DNA of 64,000 nucleotides. It comes from Candidatus Stammera capleta. Lineage in GTDB: Bacteria > Pseudomonadota > Gammaproteobacteria > Enterobacterales > Enterobacteriaceae. The stretch lies in assembly GCA_036689255.1 (NCBI GenBank), contig CP144774.1, forward strand, positions 216,051 to 280,050, written 5' to 3'. The notes under the pieces are model-generated. The model ran no database searches. It saw nothing but the letters and a program-made list of their open reading frames with translations, and had not been told where the DNA came from. This document shows positions 54,011 to 62,865 of this stretch, piece after piece. Both the position numbers and the translations under genes were made by a program. How positions within the stretch are numbered: position 1 is the first letter of the stretch; every line of letters starts with the position of its first letter.

Positions 54011-54162
54011 AATTCCTAATTTTAAAACCTCATTAATATTTTATCAAAAATAAATATCTTTTTTAATAAAAAATTAATATAATAATTATTAAATATTAAC
54101 ATTAATTTTAATAAATTTTTAAATATAAATAAATAAATTTAAAATATTTCAAGGAAAATAAT

Positions 54163-54765
54163 ATGTTGGTAACAAAAAAAGCACCTAATTTTAAAGCAGA
54201 AGGGGTATCTAAAAAAGGAGAAATAATTAGAAATTATAATTTTAAAAAAAAAATAAAAAATAATAATACTATCTTATTTTTTTGGCCATTAGATTTTACA
54301 TTTGTATGTCCTTCTGAAATTATAGCTCTTAATAACAGATATGATGAATTTAAAAAAAGAAATACAAATATTATAGGAATATCAATTGATTCTATATATA
54401 CTCATATAGCATGGAGAAACACACCAATAGAAAAAGGAGGTATAGGTAAAATAAAATTTATAATGATTTCAGATTTAAACAAAAAAATTCAAAATATATA
54501 TAACGTCAAAGATCCAAATACAGAAACTTCATTAAGAGCAACATTTTTAGTTGATAAAAAAAGAATAATAAGATACCAATCTATATATGATTTATCAATA
54601 GGAAGAAATATAGATGAAATATTAAGAATAACAGATGCTGTTAATCATAATGAAAAATACAACAAAGTATGCCCTGCTCAATGGAATATAAACAAAAAAT
54701 CACTAAATCCTGACAATAAAGGAATAACTGAATATTTAAGTAAACACATAAAAGATTTAGATTAA
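54163..54765 (+). CDS. ahpC: 2-Cys peroxiredoxin (alkyl hydroperoxide reductase C-type)
   Basis: 200 aa. The peroxidatic Cys block is FFWPLDFTFVCPSEI. It also has S.DS.YTH.AW, LRATFL.D and the resolving Cys VCPAQW. SD AAGGA precedes the ATG. Confidence 0.92.
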   Translation: MLVTKKAPNFKAEGVSKKGEIIRNYNFKKKIKNNNTILFFWPLDFTFVCPSEIIALNNRYDEFKKRNTNIIGISIDSIYTHIAWRNTPIEKGGIGKIKFIMISDLNKKIQNIYNVKDPNTETSLRATFLVDKKRIIRYQSIYDLSIGRNIDEILRITDAVNHNEKYNKVCPAQWNINKKSLNPDNKGITEYLSKHIKDLD

Positions 54766-54811
54766 TTTTTTTCATGTTAAAAAAATTAATTACATAAAAA
54801 TATTAATTTTA

Positions 54812-54979
54812 TTAATTAATTTTTTTTTCATGGTATTTAACATGTTTCTTTAATATAGGATCATATTTTTTTATACACAATAATTCAGGTGTATTTTGTT
54901 TATTTTTAGTCGAAGTATAAAAATGACCAGTATTTGCTGAAGAAACTAACTTTATTTTAATTCTAATATTTTTAGACAT
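54812..54979 (-). CDS. rpmG: 50S ribosomal protein L33
   Basis: Below the ORF-track size cut-off and found by hand translation: [55 protein letters not shown]. The E. coli sequence is [55 protein letters not shown]. The ATG lies 2 nt after the rpmB stop. Confidence 0.93.
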   Translation of the reverse strand: MSKNIRIKIKLVSSANTGHFYTSTKNKQNTPELLCIKKYDPILKKHVKYHEKKIN

Positions 54980-54981
54980 AA

Positions 54982-55212
54982 TTAATATTTATTTGCTTTT
55001 TTAATTTTTAACAATTTTTTTATACCACATTTATCTATTATTCTTAATGCCTTAGCGGATAATTTTATTTTTATAAATTTCTTTTTATCAGACAACCATA
55101 AACGGTGATAATGAATATTTGGATAAAATTTCCTTTTAGTTGCATTCATAGAATAAGATCTATTATTACCAACAACAGTTTTTTTTCCCGTAATAAAACA
55201 AAATTTAGACAT
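54982..55212 (-). CDS. rpmB: 50S ribosomal protein L28
   Basis: 76 aa. MS..C..TGK....GNNRS...NATKR.F.PN.H.HR.W......F....SAK..R.IDK.GI matches E. coli L28. Confidence 0.95.
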   Translation of the reverse strand: MSKFCFITGKKTVVGNNRSYSMNATKRKFYPNIHYHRLWLSDKKKFIKIKLSAKALRIIDKCGIKKLLKIKKANKY

Positions 55213-55276
55213 ATTTTCACCACAAAATAAAAAATTGTAAAGAATAAATTATAAAAAAATTAACTAATCATTTCAT

Positions 55277-58200
55277 TTAATTAAGTAATTTTATTTTATT
55301 TACTATAAAAAAAAATTTATTAATAATATTAACCTTTAAAATTCCATTTATTAATAAAATATTATTTATTTCAATAAAATTCACATACTTTATGTATATT
55401 TTTTTATACACAAAAACATCTAAACAACCAGTATTATCATCTATTTTTAATAAACAAATATGATTATTATTTTTAGTTAAAATAAATTTTATTAAAATAA
55501 TTAACCCTAAAACATTAATATTTTCATTTTTATTTAAATAAAACAAATTTTTAACTTTAATTACATTAAATTTATTTATATAATTAATATAACTATTTAC
55601 TGGATGATCAGAAATATATAAACCTAAAACTTCTTTTTCTTTGTTTAATTCATATTCTTTAGTCCATAAACAACTGCTATATTTATAATTAAAACATTTT
55701 TTATTTAATAAATATAAATCATTAATAGAAAACATACTTAATTGATTAAAATTTAAAAATTTTTTTTTAGATTTAACAAAATTTAATATATATTTATATT
55801 TATCAATCAAAATAGAACGTTTTATATTGAAAATATCAAACAAACCAGATAAAATTAATTTTTCTAAAACAGATTTATTAAACTTGCTATTATAAACTAA
55901 TAAACAAAAATCAACAAAATTTTTAAATTTACCTACCTTATTACGTATATTTAAAATATAATCAATTAATTTTTTTCCTAAACCTTTTATAGCTCCAATA
56001 CCATACACAATTTCTTTATTTTCATTAACATAAAAATAATAAGAACTAATATTTATATTTAAAGGAATAATATTTATATTCATATTCTTTATATTTTCTA
56101 TCAATAACATAATTTTATTTGTATTATCTATATCAGAATTCATTACAGATGACATAAATTCTTCTGGATAATTAGATTTTAACCATAAAGTTCTATATGC
56201 TAAATAAGCATAAGACACAGAATGAGATCTATTAAAACCATAACAAGAAAATTTTTCTATTAATGAAAATATTTTAAATGAAACATTTAAATCTACACCT
56301 AATGTTTTAGAACCTTGTAAAAACTTTTCTCTAAATAATCTCATTTTTTTTTTATTTTTTTTACTAATATATCTTTGTAACATATCAGCTTCACTAAAAC
56401 TATAATCAGCCAATACTATAGCAACCTGCATAATTTGTTCCTGATATAAAATAATACCATAAGTATTTTTTAATATAGGTTTAAGAAAATCATGTTGACA
56501 ATCTTTATCAGGATAATATATATTTTCTCTTTTGTTTTTACGATTAACAAAATTATCTACCATACCAGACTGTAATGGACCAGGTCTAAATAAAGCTAAC
56601 AATGATATTATATCCTCAAAATTTTTAGGTTTTAAACGTCTAATTAAATCTTTCATTCCATCAGATTCTAATTGAAAAACTGCTGTAGTATTCATTTGAT
56701 TCAATAAAAAAAAACTTTTTTTATCATTCAAAGATATATCAGAAATATTAATTTTATTATTCAAAGGTAATCCTTTGTTAATCATTTCAATTGTATTATC
56801 AATAACAGTTAAGGTACGTAAACCTAATAAATCAAATTTAACTAAACCAATATATTCAATATCATTTTTATCAAATTGAGTTATATATGAACTAGTATCA
56901 ATATCATAATAAATAGAACAAAAATCTGTAATTACAGTAGGTGATATAACTATACCACCTGCATGTTTACCTATTCCTTTAATAATCCCTTCTAACTTAG
57001 ACGACAAATCAATCAAATATTTAACATCTTTATCTGTATTATATAAATCATTTAATTTTGGATCTAAAATTGATTTTTTTAAAGTAATACCCAAATCAAA
57101 TGGAATAAGTTTAGCAATTTTATCTACAAAATGATAAGAATATCCCAAAACTCTACCAACATCTCTAACTACTGATTTGGCAGTCATAGTACTAAAAGTA
57201 ACAATTTTTGATACAGATTTTTTACCATAAAGTTGTTCTATATGTAAAAAAACCTCATCTCGTCTATATACACAAAAATCTATATCAAAATCAGGCATAG
57301 AAACTCTATTTGGATTTAAAAATCTTTCAAAAAATAAATTATATTTTAATGGATCAACATCAGTAATATTTAACAAATAAGAAACTAAAGAACTAGAACC
57401 AGATCCTCGTCCTATTCCAACAGGAATATTTTTTTTTTTTGCCCAATTCACAAATTCCATAACAATTAAAAAATAATCAACAAATCCCATACTTATAATA
57501 ATATCTAATTCATATTTTAAACGATTTATATACAACTTTTTATTTAAAATATCAGTGTAATGTATTTTCTTTTTACGTAAATTCAAATACACTAACTTTT
57601 TTATATATTTATTAATATCTATCTTACTTTTAATATTAAATTTAGGTAAATAAATATTACCTTTTTTAATAAAAAAATTACATCTTTTAGATATTTCTAT
57701 AGTATTTTGCAAAGATTCTGGAATATCTTTAAACAAAGAAATCATCTCAGATTTATTTTTTAAATATTGATATTTAGTATAATCAATAACATTATTTACT
57801 TTTTCAATAGTACAACCATGATAAATAGAAGATTTTATTTTATGAACATAAAAATCACTTTTATTTAAAAACAAAACTTTATTAGTAGCTACTAAAGGAA
57901 CATGTGTTTTTATGGATAAATCAGTTATTAAATCTATATATTTATCTTCATTTTCATGATTTATTCTAAAAATTTGAAAATATAATCTATCACCTAAATA
58001 TCTCTTCCAAAAAAGAACAATTTTTTCAGCATTTTTAAAATCATTATAAATCAAATATTTAATGATATTACTATTTTTATCTATAGAAAATAAAAAAATC
58101 AAACCTTCGTTATATTTTAATATCCATTTATAATACAAAAAAGGAGAAAACTTTTCATAACTACATTTATATGATATAGAAATCAATTTAGTTAAATTAA

Positions 58201-58486
58201 TAAAACCAATTTTATTCATCACTAACACAATTGATGAAAAAAAATTTCCATTATTTTTACTACTTAAAAATATATTTAAATCAGATCCAATAATAGGTTT
58301 TATACCATATTTAAATGAATATTTAAAAAATTTAACTACTACAGATAAACTAAAAAAATCTGTTATAGCAACAGAAGACATATTTAATTTATATATGTTA
58401 TATAAAATATCATTTACTTTGCAAATACTGTCTTTTATTGAATAATCACTATGAACATTCAAATGTATAAAATTGGGCAAAATCAT
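55277..58486 (-). CDS. dnaE: DNA polymerase III alpha subunit, shortened C-terminus
   Basis: 1069 aa versus 1160 in E. coli. It has PHP F.HL.VHSDYS, GRGSGSSSLV.Y.L.ITD.DP, FERFLNP.R.SMPDFD.DF, LVKFD.LGLR.LT and the internal clamp-binding-like motif QLSMF followed by 150 aa (OB fold). Confidence 0.95.
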   Translation of the reverse strand: MILPNFIHLNVHSDYSIKDSICKVNDILYNIYKLNMSSVAITDFFSLSVVVKFFKYSFKYGIKPIIGSDLNIFLSSKNNGNFFSSIVLVMNKIGFINLTKLISISYKCSYEKFSPFLYYKWILKYNEGLIFLFSIDKNSNIIKYLIYNDFKNAEKIVLFWKRYLGDRLYFQIFRINHENEDKYIDLITDLSIKTHVPLVATNKVLFLNKSDFYVHKIKSSIYHGCTIEKVNNVIDYTKYQYLKNKSEMISLFKDIPESLQNTIEISKRCNFFIKKGNIYLPKFNIKSKIDINKYIKKLVYLNLRKKKIHYTDILNKKLYINRLKYELDIIISMGFVDYFLIVMEFVNWAKKKNIPVGIGRGSGSSSLVSYLLNITDVDPLKYNLFFERFLNPNRVSMPDFDIDFCVYRRDEVFLHIEQLYGKKSVSKIVTFSTMTAKSVVRDVGRVLGYSYHFVDKIAKLIPFDLGITLKKSILDPKLNDLYNTDKDVKYLIDLSSKLEGIIKGIGKHAGGIVISPTVITDFCSIYYDIDTSSYITQFDKNDIEYIGLVKFDLLGLRTLTVIDNTIEMINKGLPLNNKINISDISLNDKKSFFLLNQMNTTAVFQLESDGMKDLIRRLKPKNFEDIISLLALFRPGPLQSGMVDNFVNRKNKRENIYYPDKDCQHDFLKPILKNTYGIILYQEQIMQVAIVLADYSFSEADMLQRYISKKNKKKMRLFREKFLQGSKTLGVDLNVSFKIFSLIEKFSCYGFNRSHSVSYAYLAYRTLWLKSNYPEEFMSSVMNSDIDNTNKIMLLIENIKNMNINIIPLNINISSYYFYVNENKEIVYGIGAIKGLGKKLIDYILNIRNKVGKFKNFVDFCLLVYNSKFNKSVLEKLILSGLFDIFNIKRSILIDKYKYILNFVKSKKKFLNFNQLSMFSINDLYLLNKKCFNYKYSSCLWTKEYELNKEKEVLGLYISDHPVNSYINYINKFNVIKVKNLFYLNKNENINVLGLIILIKFILTKNNNHICLLKIDDNTGCLDVFVYKKIYIKYVNFIEINNILLINGILKVNIINKFFFIVNKIKLLN

Positions 58487-58571
58487 ATTAAAAATATATC
58501 AAAAAATACAACTAATTAATAAATCAATATACCAAAAATATCAACTTTTATTCAAAAAAATAAATTAAATT

Positions 58572-60992
58572 TTAATTACCAATATTAAATCTAAAATTAT
58601 ATATTTTATCTTTTTGATATTTAACCAAAGGATATCCATATGACATATTTAGCAAACCAAACGGTGTATTAATTTTAAATGATACACCAGTAGACAATCT
58701 TAATAATCGTTTACTAATATCAGGTATATTAGACCTAACTGTGCTTCTATTATTTTTCCATGTATTATCATAAATAATACCACTATCTAAATATATAGAA
58801 AAACGAAAAATATTGTTATTTTTTTCAGAAAAAATCTTATACACAGGTAAAATAAATTCAACATTTAGTGTACCTATAACATTACCACCTAATAAATCAT
58901 TAGACAAACATAATTGAGCACCATTTTTACATCTATTTAATTTAGTACTCATATAAATGATATTAGGTTCAATACTATTCAAATCAAAACCTCTCAAATG
59001 TTTATTAATAAAATGGAAATTTTCAAAAAAAGGAAAATTTCTATTATTAAAACTTTCTCCATACCCAAAAGATCCGCTCAAAAACATTAATATATCTTTT
59101 TCTTCACTTATATAAAAATATTTTGAAAAATTAATCAAAAATTTATAAAATGAACTACTAGAGGAAATAAATGGAATTGAAATTTTACTATTAAAATCAA
59201 AATAATTACCAAATGTTGGAAAAACATTTTTATCTAATTCATCTACTATAATTCTGCTTTTTATATAAAAATCACTTAAAAATAATTTACTATTTAAATC
59301 TTTTAAATCATGTAAAAAACTTTTATCTATTGCACTAACATATCTATATAAAGATAGATGCATTTTATCACTTAATAAATGATTATGAACATAATCTAAA
59401 CCTAAATGATATATAGTGTTATTATCAGGAATTAATATAACTTTATTTTTAAATCCTAAATTAAAATTAGAATAACCATAACCATTATTTTCTATATTTG
59501 ATAAATTATTAAAAAATAACTTATGTTTAATAGAAATATTTCTTTTATAATCATGTAAATATAACCAAGATACATTTCCAGAATATAAATCATCACTTTT
59601 ATTTACATTTACAACTAATTCACTACCTAATGTTAATAAATTTTCTTTAGAAAAAGAAATTTCATAATTAATTTTTTTCTTATCACTATATCCTACATTA
59701 AAATTTAACATTCCATTAGAATTTTTAGTTAAAACATAAATAACATTAACTAAATAATAATCATCATTAACTATTACCTTTGTTTTTACTATTACTTTTT
59801 TAAAAAAACCTGTTTTTAATAAATTATTTCTACCTACATCAATTAAATCTTCTTTATATAATTTACCAAAATAATAAGGTATTATTCCTTTCAATTCTTC
59901 TTGTTTTAATAAACTAATATTATTTAATGATAATTTTCCAAAATAAAAAATTCTATCTAAATCTATATCTATTAATAAACGAACTCTTCTATGCCTTTCT
60001 TTAACTAAACTCATATTTATCTTTGATTTCAAATAACCACGATTAGTTAAATAATTCAAAGCACGTTTATAAAAAATTCTAACATCATTAAAGTTATAAT
60101 ATTTATCTAAAAATAAAATTCTTTGTAATTTATTAAAATAATATTTAAAATTAGTATTTTCTACACTTATATCAATATTAGATAATTCATATCTTTTTCC
60201 TGTATTTAACTTAAAAAACAAATCTAAAGATTTATTTTTTAAAACATTTATACGAAAAATTCTACAATTAAAATCTAAATAACCATAATCCAAATATATA
60301 CTTTTAATATAATCAAAATATTTTGATAAATAATATAAATTTGAAAAATTCAAAATAAAAGATTTACCTAAATTATTATTTTTCTTAAATGAATAAAAAG
60401 ATGATATATTATGATAAACTTTTAATTCATCATCTATAAATCTAATTCTATTTATTTTTAAATATTTACCTTCAAAAAATTTAAATTTTAATAAAAAATT
60501 ATGATTTCTTAAAGGTATTCTAAAATATTTTAAAAAAAAATTATATTTTCCAATATTCCTATAATAAAAATTTATATAATTTATAAAATCCAACATATTT
60601 CTATAATTATATACATCACCTATTTTAATATCAAAATACCTTAAAGAATCCAATAAAAATCTATTATTTAATGTTTTATTACCTATAAAAACGAACTTAT
60701 CTATTAATTTTCTACTTTTAGCATATATAAATAAATTATTTTCTAATTTATATATACTTATTCTACTAAATAATTTAGTTCTATTTAAATATTTTAAAAT
60801 TTTAAAAATATCTTTCTTACCAACCAGCTTACCTACCTTAGAAAACAAGGCATAACGACTAAATCTATAATTATAATTAGAACGTCCATAAAATATAACA
60901 TTCTTTAATTTAAAACGATTTATAGCAAAAATATTTATACTAAATAAAAATAAAAATAAAAAGAGAAAATTTTTTAATATATTCATATACAT
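58572..60992 (-). CDS. bamA: Outer-membrane protein assembly factor BamA
   Basis: 806 aa versus 810 in E. coli. It has a signal-like N-terminus, POTRA-like repeats and a C-terminal beta-barrel ending ..F.FNIGN (E. coli ..FQFNIGKTW). The block before the end is LR.S.G......P.G.L..SY..P. It is rich in Phe, Tyr and Asn. Confidence 0.9.
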   Translation of the reverse strand: MYMNILKNFLFLFLFLFSINIFAINRFKLKNVIFYGRSNYNYRFSRYALFSKVGKLVGKKDIFKILKYLNRTKLFSRISIYKLENNLFIYAKSRKLIDKFVFIGNKTLNNRFLLDSLRYFDIKIGDVYNYRNMLDFINYINFYYRNIGKYNFFLKYFRIPLRNHNFLLKFKFFEGKYLKINRIRFIDDELKVYHNISSFYSFKKNNNLGKSFILNFSNLYYLSKYFDYIKSIYLDYGYLDFNCRIFRINVLKNKSLDLFFKLNTGKRYELSNIDISVENTNFKYYFNKLQRILFLDKYYNFNDVRIFYKRALNYLTNRGYLKSKINMSLVKERHRRVRLLIDIDLDRIFYFGKLSLNNISLLKQEELKGIIPYYFGKLYKEDLIDVGRNNLLKTGFFKKVIVKTKVIVNDDYYLVNVIYVLTKNSNGMLNFNVGYSDKKKINYEISFSKENLLTLGSELVVNVNKSDDLYSGNVSWLYLHDYKRNISIKHKLFFNNLSNIENNGYGYSNFNLGFKNKVILIPDNNTIYHLGLDYVHNHLLSDKMHLSLYRYVSAIDKSFLHDLKDLNSKLFLSDFYIKSRIIVDELDKNVFPTFGNYFDFNSKISIPFISSSSSFYKFLINFSKYFYISEEKDILMFLSGSFGYGESFNNRNFPFFENFHFINKHLRGFDLNSIEPNIIYMSTKLNRCKNGAQLCLSNDLLGGNVIGTLNVEFILPVYKIFSEKNNNIFRFSIYLDSGIIYDNTWKNNRSTVRSNIPDISKRLLRLSTGVSFKINTPFGLLNMSYGYPLVKYQKDKIYNFRFNIGN

Positions 60993-61256
60993 GAAGTATT
61001 TAAATTAAACAATCATTTATACATATTTTATTTTTTTTATACAAATATTTATTTCACAAAAATAAAAAATTTATATTTTATATTACTTATAAAGTATAAA
61101 AACTAAAATTAATTATTTTTATTTTCAAAATATTTATTAAAAAATAAATATATTCTAAAAAATAAATCATAAAATTAATAAATTAATTTAACTATTAAAT
61201 TACTTAAATTAATTAAAAAAAAATCAAATTTAATTAAAAAAAACATTTAAATAAAT

Positions 61257-61988
61257 TTAAATTAATCCATATTTTCTTTTTCTATCATAAAAAGAATTTA
61301 AAGCAAACAAAAAATCATTACTTTTAAAATCAGGCCATAATACATCAGTAAAAAAAAACTCAGAATAAACTGTTTGCCATAAAAAAAAATTACTCAACCT
61401 TTTTTCACCACCAGTTCTTATAATTAAATCTATATCTGGTAAATATCTTGAACATAAATTTTCTTCCACAGTAGCTTCATTAATACTATTGATATTTATC
61501 ATATTATTTTCCACTTTCTGAATTATATTTTTAATACAACACAAAATATCCCATTTACCTCCATAATTTAAAGCAATATTTAATTTTAAACCACAATTAT
61601 CTTTAGTTAAATATTCAACTTTTTTTATTTTTTTACACAAATTATAAGGCAACATTACAACATCTCCAATAACTTTTATACATATATTACAATCATTCAA
61701 TTTATACATATAATTATCTAATGCTACAGAAAATAATCTCATTAATTCATTAACTTCAATATAAGGTCTTTTCCAATTCTCAGTACTGAAAGCATATAAA
61801 GTTAATATCTCCAAATTATAACTAACTGAAAAATTAATTATATCATAAACAGATTCCACTCCTTTTCTATGACCATATATACGTGATTTACCTTTATTCT
61901 TTGCCCATCTACCATTGCCATCCATAATAATAGCAACATGTTTGATATTATTTTTTTTCATATTATTTATTAAATAATGAACAAACAT
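61257..61988 (-). CDS. uppS: Undecaprenyl-diphosphate synthase
   Basis: 243 aa. Blocks: HVAIIMDGNGRWAK..GK.R..GH..G, LTLYAFS.ENW.RP..EV..LM.LF, LNIA.NYGG.WDI, DL.IRTGGE.R.SNF.LWQ..Y.E..FTDVLWPDF. An alternative ATG lies at 61961. Confidence 0.94.
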   Translation of the reverse strand: MFVHYLINNMKKNNIKHVAIIMDGNGRWAKNKGKSRIYGHRKGVESVYDIINFSVSYNLEILTLYAFSTENWKRPYIEVNELMRLFSVALDNYMYKLNDCNICIKVIGDVVMLPYNLCKKIKKVEYLTKDNCGLKLNIALNYGGKWDILCCIKNIIQKVENNMININSINEATVEENLCSRYLPDIDLIIRTGGEKRLSNFFLWQTVYSEFFFTDVLWPDFKSNDFLFALNSFYDRKRKYGLI

Positions 61989-62269
61989 TAATAATTAGTT
62001 TGAAATAATCATTTTATATTAATTTAATTTAAAATAAAATATATATATTATATAATTTTAATTGCAAATAATATTTTAATAAATTATGAATTTAATTTAC
62101 ACACATTATGTAAAAAATATAATTATTTTTGGTAAAAAACATTTTCTTATATTTTATATAATATTTAAAATAATAAAATTTATTTTCATAATAAAATTAT
62201 TTATTAAAAAAAAAAACAATAATAAACCCAAAAAAAATTAAAATATAAATTTAATTTAATTTTTAATTA

Positions 62270-62830
62270 TTAACTAAAAAGTATTTCTTTTTCTTTATTA
62301 AGATAAATTACATTTATATTTTTTATATAAAAATTAGTAATATCTTGTATTTTTTTACAATTTTTACTTTCTATATCTTTATTTATTAACTTTTCTTTTT
62401 TTAATTTTTTATTCTTAATATTAAAAATTTTTCTAATATTCCTAATAGAAATTTTAACCTTTTCTGTTTCTATTTTCAAATTTTTAACAATATTTTTTCT
62501 ACTCTCATTGTTTAATGGAGGAAAATTAATAATAATTTCATTATTACAATCTATAGGATTTAAATTTAATTTAGATAACAAAATTGCTTTTTTTACATTA
62601 TTCTTAATATTATTATCAAACAAAGATATCCTGATAGTAAAATTATTATCTAAAACAATTCTGGATAAATTAATTAAAGAAATATATTTCCCATAACAAT
62701 TAACCAATAAATCAGAAACAATATTTATATTGACTATATTAGTACGAAAACTTTTAATTTTATTTTGAAAACCAAAAACACATTTTTCCATCTTATTTTT
62801 AATTTCATTTTCATCAATACTATTAAACAT
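62270..62830 (-). CDS. frr: Ribosome recycling factor
   Basis: Collinear with E. coli RRF (M.KC...F...I...RT......L......YG......L..........I..FD......V.KAI....L.LNP; R...VK....E...I..RN.RR). The ORF-track start at 62851 is a GTG. The ATG at 62830 gives 186 aa versus 185 in E. coli. Confidence 0.85.
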   Translation of the reverse strand: MFNSIDENEIKNKMEKCVFGFQNKIKSFRTNIVNINIVSDLLVNCYGKYISLINLSRIVLDNNFTIRISLFDNNIKNNVKKAILLSKLNLNPIDCNNEIIINFPPLNNESRKNIVKNLKIETEKVKISIRNIRKIFNIKNKKLKKEKLINKDIESKNCKKIQDITNFYIKNINVIYLNKEKEILFS

Positions 62831-62865
62831 AATAAATATATCCTTAAACACTATAAGAAAAAAAA

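Noticed and set aside
54762-54789. An 11-bp all-A/T hairpin, TTAATTTTTTT-N6-AAAAAAATTAA, between convergent ahpC and rpmG
   Set aside because: It is a possible bidirectional terminator, but it has no G-C pairs. Its stability is very low and it is indistinguishable from background A/T symmetry.
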